Shown in pieces: positions 30,041 to 41,425 of a stretch of 64,000 nucleotides of DNA (position 1 is its first letter; each line of letters begins with the position of its first letter). Where the stretch lies: contig RQSC01000016.1 in assembly GCA_013416795.1 (NCBI GenBank), positions 1 to 64,000 of the forward strand, given 5' to 3'. Origin of the DNA: Prasinococcaceae sp. CCMP 1430 (taxonomy: Eukaryota > Plantae > Prasinodermophyta). Below the pieces are notes generated by a model. The model was not told where the DNA came from. It saw nothing but the letters and a program-made list of their open reading frames with translations, and searched no databases. Position numbers and translations under genes: made by a program.

Positions 30041-30866
30041 ATGGGTCTGCCTAGGAGACCATCGCCGGCTTGCGCGAGGGGCTACGAGCAGCTCTTCATC
30101 GCCGGTGAGGGCGCCCACGCGCGCGTGCGCGCGCGCGCTCGCGCGGCCGGGCGCAGAGGCGAACGGGCGAGCGAGTGTGCGGCAGGCCAGCCAGCGTAGG
30201 TGCGCCCGCGCGGGGTTGACGCCGTGCGAGCACCTACTGATACCCACCGCTGCCGATGACGCACACACTCCTGCCCGACTACTTGCGTCGCCGGCGCTGG
30301 CGCCAACGCGGCCCGCCCGCACAGACGCCGGCGGCGTGCCTGGAAACGACCTGTACGCGCTGAAACACCGCAATGGCCTGGTCGTCGTGGGTCTCGCCGC
30401 ACGCCATGCAGCGCTGCGTTCCGGCGGAGAGCTGCGCGTGACGTACGTGGTCGACGGAGACGATCGGCGCGAGCTCGCCGCAGCAGCAACGGGAAAGCGC
30501 AAGCGCAAGGGCCAGCAGAAGCTCGGCGCGGCGCACGCCATTGCGGAGCTCACATGCGAAGGCAGCGGCGACGGGGAAAGCAGTAGTGAGTGCACCCGGT
30601 ACCGCGTGCACGCGTTAGTCGACGGCACGCTTCTTGAGGTGAACAGCGCTTTGGACAGCTCGCGCGCGGGCAGCAAGCCCTCCGGCGCGCTGCTGCGCTC
30701 GTCCGCTGAGTGGCGCGGATACGTGGGCATCGTGATGGCCTACGGAGATGCCGCTAAGCGCATGTGCGTGGGCGCGAGCGCGGGCAACGACGTGGGTACG
30801 CTACTGTCGCTCGACGAGTATGAGGCGCTGCGCGGCATTGCGAAGGAGGACTCACCTTACCGATAG
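30041..30866 (+). CDS. ABITRAM: ABITRAM/FAM206A-like protein; join(30041..30104, 30325..30866)
   Basis: HRNGLVVVGLA..H, GKRKRKGQ, VDGTLLEVN and GYVGIV match the family pattern. A phase-1 GT-AG intron joins an upstream ATG exon. Confidence 0.72.
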
Positions 30867-31052
30867 CTGGGGCGTGCAGTCCGAGACCACGGAGGGGGCG
30901 CGACTCCCAAGCGCGAGCGCTCGCGCGCCAAGGCCGCTGCGGCGGGAGCGATGCGTGCAGCAGCGGGGGCATGTACGGCAAATCTTTGTACATATACAGT
31001 GTAGTACTAGTAGCCAACATTTGGTTGTACGCCGAGAGCGAGCGAGCCATCC

Positions 31053-32883
31053 TCAGAGCTTGGCGCGGACGCGGCGCCCCTTGTCGTGCTTGCCATCGGC
31101 AATCTCCTTGCGCAGCTCGCGCTTGCTCATTTTGCCCGTCGCGGTCCTCGGGATGGCGTCCACGAAGATGACCTCGTCTGGAATCCACCACTTCGGAACG
31201 CGGCCGTGGTAGACCGCCAGGACGGCAGCGGCGCTCACGGACGCGCCGGGCTTGCACACCACGCACAGTGCCGGGCGCTCGTCGTACTGCGGATGGGGAA
31301 CGCCCACGCAGCAGGCCTCGGCAACTCCAGGGGCGCTCAGAGCCAGGTTCTCGACGTCAATAGAGCTGATCCATTCGCCACCCGACTTGATGACGTCCTT
31401 GTTGCGATCCACAATGCTCACAAATCCATGCGAGTCGATGGTGGCGATGTCACCTGTCGCAGCCGCGCCGAGGCAGATAGCAGAGGCGGCGAGTGAGTTA
31501 GCAGGCGCTGTGGGCTCTGAGATGACCGCAAAGGCAAGGCTGCTCGCATCACGCACCTGTGTCGAAAAAGCCCTGCGGGTCGAGGACGTCGTCCAGCCGC
31601 GGGTCGTGCACCGAAGAACGAGACGTGCTCTTGAAGTACGTTTGGATCACACTGGGCCCATTCACCATGAGCCGACCGATCGTCTTGCCGTCGCGCGGTA
31701 ACTCGCGGTCCGAGTCGTGCGCGGACACCTTCATGTCGTTTATCCATTGCGTTCGACCCGCCTTCATCATGTACGCTGTGCGCTCAGCGCGCGTCGTCGG
31801 CGCGACGCCGCGCTTGAGCGCAAAGTTGGTGCCCAGCGGGCCCATCTCAGTCATGCCCCATGCCTGCACGAGAGTAACGCCATAGCGCTCTTCGAAAGCC
31901 TCGATGACTGACGCCGCGGGCGCTGCGCCACCGACGATCGCGCGCTTCAGAGTGCGCAGCGGATCCTTGCCCGCTTTGCCGCTGTCGAGGTGCGCGAGGA
32001 TGTCGATGTAAAGCGTGGGCACGCCTGTCATGAGTGTGGCTCCATGTACGCGCGCGAGCGATACGAGCGCAGGGCCGCTGACGTCCCGGCCAGGCAGCAC
32101 CACGCCCGCGCCTGCCAGCGGGCAGCTGAAGACGAGCCCCCACGCGTTGGCGTGATACATGGCCGCGCCACAGAGCACGGTGTCGGTGGCGCTCAGGTGG
32201 AGGCTGTCCGCCCCCAGCTCAGACATGGCGTGGAGAAAGTTCGATCTGTGCGTGTATACAACTCCCTTGGGAGCGCCCGTGGTACCGCTGGTGAAGCTCA
32301 GCCCACACGGCGAGCGCTCATCGAAGGGCAAGCCCCCGAACCACGAGTAGCTGCCGCCGAGTTCCGCGGCCACCAGCGCTTCGAAGGTCTCGAGCTGGCC
32401 TCGCACGCCAGCCTCGGTGACTGCGCGCTCGCCAGCGGCACCGTCGACCATTGCCACCCCCCTGGCGAGCAAGTCGCCGCACGGCCCGCCTCGTTTTTCC
32501 AGCTCGGCCTGCAGCGCGGCCATTTCAGGGGCGCAGTGCTCGTCGACGAAGAAGACGCGATCCTGCGCGGCGTGCACGATATCCGCGAGTTGTGAAACAA
32601 AGTACCGCGGGTTGAGCGTGTGCACGACGGCGCCGCACCCCATGATGGCCCACCACGCCATCATGTGGCGCTCGGAGTTGAAGCTCATCGTCGCGACGTG
32701 CTGGCCTCGCCGTACGCCGCGTGCCACGAGCGCGCGCGCGAGCGCGAGCGCGCGCTCGCGAACGCGCGCCCACGTCGACCCGCCGCCTGCCGAGCCCGCG
32801 CAGGCCACCGGCGCATCGCCGTGCCATCGCGCCGCGTGGTCCAGGCAGCGGGTGACGTGGAGGTCCCACTCCTGCATGCTCAT
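31053..32883 (-). CDS. Acyl-CoA ligase (AlkK/DmdB-like adenylate-forming enzyme) with C-terminal PTS1; join(32883..31557, 31453..31053)
   Basis: FTSGTTGAPKG, QAWGMTE, FFDTG|DIAT, IKSGGEWISS and TGKMSK. Ends in -AKL-stop. Confidence 0.9.
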
Positions 32884-33203
32884 CGCGCGTCCGCCTGCCC
32901 CGCTCCGCCCCGCGCGGAGCGCGGNNNNNNNNNNNNNNNNNNNNNNNNNNNNNNNNNNNNNNNNNNNNNNNNNNNNNNNNNNNNNNNNNNNNNNNNNNNN
33001 NNNNNNNNNNNNNNNNNNNNNNNNNNNNNNNNNNNNNNNNNNNNNNNNNNNNNNNNNNNNNNNNNNNNNNNNNNNNNNNNNNNNNNNNNNNNNNNNNNNN
33101 NNNNNNNNNNNNNNNNNNNNNNNNNNNNNNNNNNNNNNNNNNNNNNNNNNNNNNNNNNNNNNNNNNNNNNNNNNNNNNNNNNNNNNNNNNNNNNNNNNNN
33201 NNN

Positions 33204-34389
33204 GCGGCGGGCGCGGCGATTGGCGCCGGCGCGGCGCTGCCCGCGCTCGCGGCGGGGCCTGGTAAGGCTGCCACGCACGTGGTCGCGAGCGGCGACTGCC
33301 TCTCGGTGATCGCCTCGCGCTACGGCTGCTCTGTCGAAGACCTCATGGCCGCTAACGGCATCGATGACTCCGACAAGATCGAGGCTGGACAGAAGCTCCG
33401 TGTCCCCAAGGAGGACACGAAGGTGCGGGGCCTGCGCGCTCTGCCCCCACCCCAACACGCATGCACACGTGCCTCTTCCGCCATTTCCCGCGCCGTAGCT
33501 TGCGTACGCATTCTGAGCGACTGACGCGCGAGTCGCGCTCTGCTCTTGGCGTGCATCCGCGCGCGCGCGCGCTCGCCTGATCCCGCAGACGTTCGAGTTT
33601 GCACGCTTCATGGCCGCAGGCGGCATCGCCGGCTGCACCGTTGAGACGGTGCTCTTCCCCCTGGACACCATCAAGACGCGTCTGCAGGCCGCGCGCGCCG
33701 GCAAGGGCCTGGACCTGCGCGGGCTGTACAACGGCCTCGGGGGCAACATCCCCGGCTGCTTCGCCGCCAGCGCCATCTTCTTCGGTGTGTACGATCCTCT
33801 GAAGAAGCGCCTCGAGGAAGGCTGGGGGAAGGGCTCTACCTCCGCGCACCTGGTTTCGGCCGCGAGCGCCGGCCTGGTGTCGAGCGTGGTGCGCGTGCCC
33901 ACCGAGGTCGTCAAGCAGCGCTTGCAGACGGGGCAGTTCAACGGCCCTGTGGAGGCCGTCAAGACTATCTTCAAGTCGGAGGGCGTGCGCGGCTTCACGC
34001 GCGGCTACGGTGCTTTCCTGCTGCGTGATCTGCCCTTTGATGCCATCGAGTTCGTGGCGTACGAGGGCCTCAAGACCCAGTACACGAGATACAAGGGCCG
34101 TCGCATCGAGCCTGCGGAGGCGAGCGTGCTGGGAGGCATCGCCGGCGCCTTCACGGGCGCGGCGACGACCCCGCTGGACGTCCTCAAGACGCGTTTCATG
34201 ACCGGCGGCGCGAGCGTCAAGTACAAGGGCCTCGTTGATGCGGCGGCAACCATTGCGCGTGAGGAGGGCTGGAGGGCGCTCTTCGCCGGCGTGCAGCCGC
34301 GCGTGACCTGGATCGGCATCGGTGGCTTCATCTTCTTCGGCTGCCTCGAGAAGTCACGCGAGATCCTGGGGGTTGCCGACGAGATGTAG
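33204..34389 (+). CDS. SAMC1: LysM domain fused to an S-adenosylmethionine carrier (mitochondrial carrier family, SAMC1-like); join(<33204..33422, 33589..34389), 5' end in gap
   Basis: LysM THVVASGDCLSVIASRYGCSVEDLMAANGIDDSDKIEAGQKLRVP. Phase-0 GT-AG intron 33423-33588. Three carrier signatures (PLDTIKTRLQ, PTEVVKQRLQ, PLDVLKTRF) plus RDLPFDAI and RVTWIGIGG. Confidence 0.85.
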
Positions 34390-34705
34390 AGCTAGCTAGA
34401 GGCTGGTGGGATGGACGCGGCGCTGCCACTCACAGACACATGACGTAACGAATTCCCTCATGCGTGCGCTCGAATGCGCGTTTTTCCTGATGCAAACGCG
34501 TCGCACGCGCGACGGGCAGCGCAGCGCAGTCAGGCGGGCGGGCCACGCGGGCGGACACGCGGGCGAGCTGAGCATGCGTGCCATCGACGGCTAGGCGTGA
34601 GATGCGGAATGCCGACAAAGCAAACGACGGCCCCGCTCAATTTACACACCGGGGTGGGACTGAAAAGGGGGCAAACTCACGCAAGCCGGCCTCTGATAGA
34701 GCACT

Positions 34706-35210
34706 TCAGAGCCCGCCGACCTGCTCGAGGAAGGCGTCGATCTCGTCGTTGTCCTCCATGTCGAGCTCCGCAGGCGACTGGTTCTCGTTGAGGCGCATGC
34801 CGTCGAACACGAAGCGGATCGAGTCCTGGCCGATCGCTTGCCTCTCTGCGTACGCCTTCATCATCTGCGTGCGGGCGCGGGCGACATGCGACCAGCGTGT
34901 GGCGGGTGTTCGCAAGAGTCAGCGTATGGGCCGCGCCGACCAGACGCTACCTCCCCGCGGCAGCGCGCGACGCCTGATCCTCGCCATTGGCACCGCCAGG
35001 CAGTGCGATGAATCTGTAGAATCACAGGGCAGTGCCACGCGCGCACCCTCCCTCCACAGGCAGTTGCAAACGCACGCGCTCGCCCGCCCCTCGAGCGACC
35101 AAGGCCAGCGGGATCTCCCCACTCCCAAGCCACCGCCGCCGCCGCAGCAGCATGCGCACCTTGCCCAGCTTCGCAGTCTTCTTGATCTTGAAGAAAACCT
35201 CCTGCCCGTC
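34706..35210 (-). CDS. SUMO: SUMO (first exon not found); join(35210..35160, 34864..34706)
   Basis: DGQEVFFKIKKTAKLGK|MMKAYAERQ...IRFVFDGMRL...LDMEDNDEIDAFLEQVGG-L: di-Gly plus one residue. Confidence 0.9.
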
Positions 35211-35797
35211 CTGTGGGCAGCGCGCGTGCAGCCAAAGTGTCAGGCGGCGCACACAGGGGCGCGCGTTGTGTAGGCGCGTACGGTGGAGGTTGGCGGGGGG
35301 ATGGACCGACAATTTGGAGAGAAAGGACGCGAGGAGGAGGAGGGTAGCATAGCGCCCGGCCCCCTTGCCTTGCCCGGGAACTGGGTGGCACGGTGCAGCA
35401 ATGTACAATGCCCGCACCCCCACCCCACCCCCATGACGTGCGCGTTGGCTGCAAAAATTCGTTCGCGGCGGCACCGGCCTGCGGCGCATCCGACGCGCAG
35501 GGATGGAGAGGGCGTCCATCGAAGGCGTCGCTGTGCTAAACGCCCGCGATGCATGCGCGCCGACGCGTGCCTCGCCGATCGCGCCTGAGCCTCGACACCA
35601 GGCAGCGGCGCCTCAAGTCACATCGCGCGGTTCGATGCGTACGTCCGACAGTGCGCCGATCGGATGCGCCGCAGCGCGAGCGATGCGCGCCGCGCGCGCC
35701 TCCTGCGCGCGCCCCGCGCGGGCTCGCGGGCGGCCTTCGAACCCCAGATCACTCCGCGCGCCTCTATCACGAAGCGCCACGGCCGCGCGCCGCGCCN

Positions 35798-35862
35798 AGT
35801 CCAAGGCCATCGACGACCTGCTCGCGAAGAAGGGCATGCGCCCGAGCCCCAAGTACGACTGA
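35798..35862 (+). CDS. C-terminal fragment of an unidentified small protein (SKAIDDLLAKKGMRPSPKYD*)
   Basis: All codons after the single N at 35797 end in C/G, as in the clearly coding exons here. The upstream part is presumably lost at the join. Confidence 0.4.
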
Positions 35863-36558
35863 GGCGGGGCCGCGATGGCGCGCGCGCGGCGCCGGCCGGC
35901 GACGGCGATACGGAAGCAGTGCGGCGCGCCCGCGCCCGCGCTGCGGCACGTCGACTACGTATACGTCTGCTGTGGCAGTGCTCCCACGCCGCGTCAATTC
36001 GCTCTGCAAGCAACGCGTTGGTGCTGTGTGGCCGACAGACGGGGCATAGTGTACGCGGGGCTGCTCTCGAAGGAGCTCGTTTGGGAGGCGAGGGCGTGCG
36101 TTGCCCGGAAGGAGCGCCACGCAGTCAGTGGGGGAGCACAGGTTGGTGCGCGGGCGAGGCGACGGGCCACGCGCAGCGGCCGGGGTCGGGGCAGCCCACA
36201 GGGCGCGCGCGCCGCGTAGCACGCCGAAGACATTGTCGTTGGTCACTGTCCACAGCTTCGGATGCGTTTGCACACCCCCACGCACCGTGCGCTCGTGGGT
36301 CTGGGGTGCATTGCTGTACCAAGTGGCGGTGCTCGCGCACGCGCGACGCGGCCGAGCGGGATGTGAGTGTCGAAGCGCGCTGCTCGGGGTATTGACAATG
36401 GAGGTACTGTACCGGGTACAGTACTGTATGTATTAAAGAATTGCTGTGGATGCAACCGCGCGGCGTGTCCGCCACCCATTCGTCCGCTTCTCGCGCCCGC
36501 CAACTCGGGGAAGAGATCCCACATCTGCTCGGCGGTGCTTGGGGCGACGCAGCTCCCC

Positions 36559-38057
36559 TTACCTGTCGAAGGTGCCATCGCCCTTGGGCTTTTTCGCTGG
36601 ATTCTTCCACGGCCACAGCTTCATGCTGGCGCCCCACTCGCGGTTTGCGTAATTGTAGCGCTCCATGTAGTAGTCGATGAGGATGGTCTCCAGGCTGTAC
36701 GCGTGCGCCGTGTAGTTGTGCAGCGGGTCGTAGTAGTGGCCTGCAGAGAACCTGGTGCCCGCAGGGCCCCTGTCCCAGCCATAGAGGTCAACTGTTTTGC
36801 AGAGCCCCCCAAGCGTAGTGTGCAGGATGCCGATCCAACCTGTCGAGAGCCTTGGCAGCGAGGCGCCCACCGCGACGCGGTGTCCCTTCACCCACGAGCG
36901 GATGACTTTCTGCCAAGGGTTCTTGAACGCCGTCGTATAGTTTTTGTTGATGGTGTACTTGCAGTCGTTCGGCGCGTACACCTTGACGCGCTGTTTCGTG
37001 AAGGAACTCACGCGCGAGGGCATGAAGTCAAAGAGGAACCAAATGCCCAGCTCATACGTGGGACATGCCGGGATCCACTGCGAAGGACGATTGGCCACCA
37101 CATCGTTGGCCAGCATGAGCGACGTGCGGGCGCCGACGTCGTCCTCGTAGCCAACAGTTTTGGCCATGTTGAAGCGGATCACTACGTCGTGTTTGTCGAT
37201 GTCCTCTCCGTACTGCGAGTCGAGCATCGACGGTGAGCTCGAAATCACCGCGCACGTACCGAACGCGCGCTTGGGACCGCTTTTCGCAGTGAAGAGCGCT
37301 TTCGACTCCTCCAGGGAGCGCATCTGCGCGGCGGCGGCGAGGCACCACGAGCGCGCGCGGCGGTCGCGCAGGGGTGCGGTCAGCAAGCCGTCGCTCGAAT
37401 TCGTTGACACGCGCGCAGAGGCTGGTTGCGTGCCGTGCCGCGCCCGCGCGCCCACCCACCTTGGCCGCGGGGTCCTCGTCGAGCACCGTGAGAGACTGTA
37501 TCGAGTCCCATTCAGCGCCGAGCGGCGGCGGCTCGAATGCGCACGGCAGCGAGCCGTTGCTGCAAGGTGTGAAGTGATCGTTGTTCTTGAGCCAGCCAGA
37601 GCAGCACACATTGGAGGTGGCGGCGGTAGAGCCCTCCCTCCCGAAGCGCACGATCTGCTTGTCGCAACTGACGCCGCCGCACACGTTGCAAATGGCCTGC
37701 GGGGGGTGCGGGTGGGGGGCGTGAGCGCGTCCGCGCGAGCGAACCATCACGTGCGGTGCGTCAGCGCGCCCGCCTGCCTGCGCCTGCACGTGCCCACCAC
37801 CGCTGCTGCCGCTGCCACGCGCCCGAGCACCAGGGGGTGAGGGGCGCGCGCGGTCCTGCGCATGACCTCACCTTGTCGCAGCAGAAGCCGACGTCCTTCG
37901 GATACTTCTCGCCCCCCGAATAGATGCCCCCTTCAGGGCAGGGGCCGCGCTCCCCCTTAGGCGCCTTGAACGCCGCGGCAGTCTCCTCTGCGTTCATCGT
38001 GCGCTCCTTGTATGCCACGATGCGCTCACCGCGGCACGCGCGCGCGCATGCCCCCAT
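36559..38057 (-). CDS. GT29 (sialyltransferase-like) glycosyltransferase with a Cys-rich stem; join(?..37872, 37696..37460, 37323..36559)
   Basis: Sialylmotif L (CAVISSS...IDKHDVVIRFN...DVGART), S (LSTGWIG...LCKTVDLYGW), HYY, and VS (HAYSLE). Phase-0 introns. Start uncertain; the frame is open further upstream. Confidence 0.82.
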
Positions 38058-38998
38058 CAGCAGCGCGCACACCAGCGCTCGGGCCGCGGGGGCGCCCGCC
38101 CGCGAACGCGTTTCGATGGGGACACAAGTCGCATGGAGCTCGTCCAGCAGCTCGTACACCAGCACGAAGTTTTGGACCCCACCGTGCCGGCCCGTCGGTC
38201 CGTCGGGGAACTCCTCCGAACACAAACCTCTCGAAACTGCCTGGCCGGCGGCGACCGGTGTCAATTTCAAATCAAACCGCATGCAAACGCCAGCCAGACC
38301 AGGGTCCTGCGCGCACCCTGAGAAACACTCCCAGTCAGTCAGGGTTCGACCCCGACCAGCCAACGCGGGCGGTTGTGCCCCGACCGACCGACCGACCGGC
38401 GGCGCTTCCTCGAGCACACTACTACAGGCAGGAGTGGGAGCGCGGCGGAGACGGCCTCGGTCGGTGGATCGGCTCTCGCTGGCTCGCTGGCTCGCTGGCT
38501 CGGCCTCTCGGCGCCTCCGTCCGTCCGTCCTGTCCCCTCGCTTCGCGCCGCCCGCCTGGCCTCGGCTCGCTCGGCGCCTTCGTGCGCCCTCCACCCCTCG
38601 CGCCGGCCGCCATGCCATCCCATCCTGCGACTCCGCACCAGCCAGCCACCATCCAGTTCGATAGATGGATGGGTGCGATGAGACCGGCCGGGTGCGCTTT
38701 GTCGTCGACGCGCCGCGCCGCTCGACGCGCGTCCCCTCGCCCTCGGGTCGGTTCCGGGCCTCGGCGCGGCGGCTGCGCGCGGCAGGCGAGCAGCGCGCGC
38801 GCGCGCCGGCGAGCCGAGGGGGAGCAATGCTACGCCGTGGGTACACATCACGTGAAAGTAGATTGTATATCACCACCCACGTGGGAGGGGCGCCGGTGCC
38901 GCCGCGCGGCGAGGGTTTACCGGCCGCAGCCGTTTTGACCTCGGCCGGCCGGGCTGCCCCGGACAGCTCGCGCGCGGCACAGTGCGGGCGGGCGGCGG

Positions 38999-40637
38999 GT
39001 GGCGTCCGCGCGCGCGCGAGCAGGCCCGGCGAGCGCCGCAGGCGCCGCAGGCGCCGCGGCGGAGGCGGAGGACGCCGATGAGGATCTCTTCGGGACGGAT
39101 CTGCCAGACAGGTATGAGCAGCTGCAGGAGGGGCAGAGGAACCACACCATCAACATCTTCGTCGCCGACGAGTCGGGCCTCATCAACCGTGTGTCGAGCG
39201 TGTTCGCAAGGTGAGCAGCCGCGTGCCTGGCCGCCTGCCACAACCGCGAGCGCGCACACGCGGCTGCCTGCGCGCCCGCCGAGGGCGTGCAAGTGAATGC
39301 GCTCGTGCGAGCGAGCGAGCGATCCGCTGCGTGCGCTCGGCTCGCGTGCTGGTGCTGCTGCGTGTCAGCGCAATGCGGAGCGCAATGTGGTGCGCGTGAG
39401 CGGACGCTGACGGGGAGATGCCCGCGCTACCGCGCGCGGCCGCGCTCCGCCGCCACCGCCGGCGCGTCCGCCGGCGCCTCGCAGGCGCGGGTACAACATC
39501 GAGTCTCTGGCGGTGGGCCTGAGCAACGACCGCGCGCTCTTCACGGTGGTGGTGAATGGCTCGGATTCGATGATCACCGCGCTGTGCAAGCAGCTGCGCA
39601 AGCTCGTGAAGGTGCGCGTGGTGGAGAACCTGACGCCCATCGACAAGGTCGAGCGTGAGATGGTGCTCATCAAGGTGAGATCGTCGGATGTGACGCGCAT
39701 CGAGGTCATGGAGATCGCCGAGGTCTTCCGTGGGCGCGTGATTGACATTGCGGAGAAGGCGATCACCGTCGAGGTCACCGGCGACCCGGGCAAGACGCAG
39801 GCGGCGCAACAGGCGCTCGCGCGCTTCGGAGTGCTAGAGATAGTGCGTACGGGCCGTGTCGCGCTGCGCCGTGACCTTCCTGGCTACGAAATGGTTGCGG
39901 CCTCCAAGATCGGCATCAACAAGGACAATCCGGTCGCCGAAGGAGAGGCGGTGTCGCTGAGCATGCTCGACGCCAAGGACGCCGCCAGCCGCCGGCATTC
40001 GGACGCTGGGCCCGATGACGACGCGGCGGCCGAAGGGACTGGCGGCGACGTGTACGCGTCGCCCCTCGACCCTCTGGCGCTTGACCTCGATGACAGTGCC
40101 GATGCGGTGCGCTCGCACATCCTGAGCGTGACCGTGGACAACTCAGCGGGCGTGCTCAATCGCGTCACTGCCGTGCTGTCGCGCAGGGGCTACAACATCC
40201 AGAGCCTCGCGGTGGGCCCGAGCGAGACGGTCGGCGAGTCGAGGATTACCACGGTGGTGCCGGGGTCGAACAGCGCCATTGCCAACCTCATCAAACAGAT
40301 CGAAAAGCTCATCAACTGCAAGGACGTGCAGGACATCACGGACGTGCCATGCATGAAGCGCGAACTCATGCTCATCAAGGTGAACTGCACGGCGGCGAGC
40401 CGGCGCGAGGTCATGGACCTCGCCGAGATCTTCCGTGCGCGCGTGGTGGACACATCCACAGCGACCATCACGATGGAGCTCACGGGCAAGGTCGACAAGA
40501 TGGCTGCCTTCCAGCGGCTGCTCAAACCGTACGGTGTGCTCGAGGTGGCGCGCACGGGCATCGTGGCGCTCACGCGCGAGTCCCAGGTCGACTCACGATT
40601 CTTGTCGGGCCTGAAGCACAAGGATCGCACCTACTAA
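38999..40637 (+). CDS. ilvH: Acetohydroxyacid synthase (acetolactate synthase) regulatory subunit, plant-type duplicated ACT; join(?..39210, 39485..40637)
   Basis: Two copies of the ACT motif (DESGLINRVSSVFAR|RGYNIESLAVG and NSAGVLNRVTAVLSRRGYNIQSLAVG), each followed by ExxL(I/M)KV...E(I/V)xRTG. 5' exon unresolved (candidate ATGs at 38669 and 38827). Confidence 0.92.
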
Positions 40638-40925
40638 ATAAATAACGCAGCTTCGCAGACGGCCTTCTCCCCACGCGCGGACACCCGCCAGCTCTCTCTG
40701 CCTCGAACGACATGCCGAGCGAGCCCCCCTCCGCACCCACCCACCACCACCAAACACACACAATACCTTCCACTGCCCCTCAGCGCTCGCCCTCATGCAA
40801 TCACTCAACACGTGCGGCACGCGCGGCCGACGCGCACGATTGGTCGCAAGTACACATTATCAGAGTTGCTGCGAGCGGCGCGGCGCGCAGCGGAGCCGCG
40901 CACTGTCGCCGCTTGCAGACATTAT

Positions 40926-41425
40926 TTACTGTGGAACGGTCGATGGACAGAGTGCAGCACGCGTGTCAGCTCAATGTTTGCGCGCACACCCCCGAGTCGC
41001 CGACGCGCTCACAGGCGAAAGCTCCTCGCGCACGCACACGGGGGCACTCGCGCAGTGTCGCACGCGAGACCTCCTTTCACACAATGCTGCGGGCGGCAGC
41101 GCTCTCGGGCCAGCCCTCGCCTAAAGGGCTGCGGGCAGTGAGGGTGCGGCCCCGCACATGTGGCACCGTACATGGTGCACCGCGCAGCGCCTGCCGCGCA
41201 CGCAGGCCCCGCGCCAACTCGCTCGCGCTCCTGCCGGGCGCGTCGCACGCGCCGCACCTTGTACTTGACGAAGCCGATGTCCTTTGCGTACTCGCGGAAG
41301 CACTGCCGGCAGATGTTAAGGCCGTACTTGCGGATGATGCCGTGCGTGTTGTTGCACACGCGGCACCTGTGCGACTTGGCGCCGTAGTTCTTGGGGTGGG
41401 AGTTCCAGACCGCGGTGTGACCCAT
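40926..41425 (-). CDS. RPS29: 40S ribosomal protein S29 (uS14); join(41425..41258, 40928..40926)
   Basis: [15 protein letters not shown]...CRVC...[26 protein letters not shown] (56 aa). The stop codon is inferred to come from exon 2. Confidence 0.93.

Noticed and set aside
35875-36219. 114-aa ORF MARARRRP... as a separate gene
   Set aside because: No recognisable motif and weak codon bias; it lies where the 3'UTRs of two convergent genes are expected.
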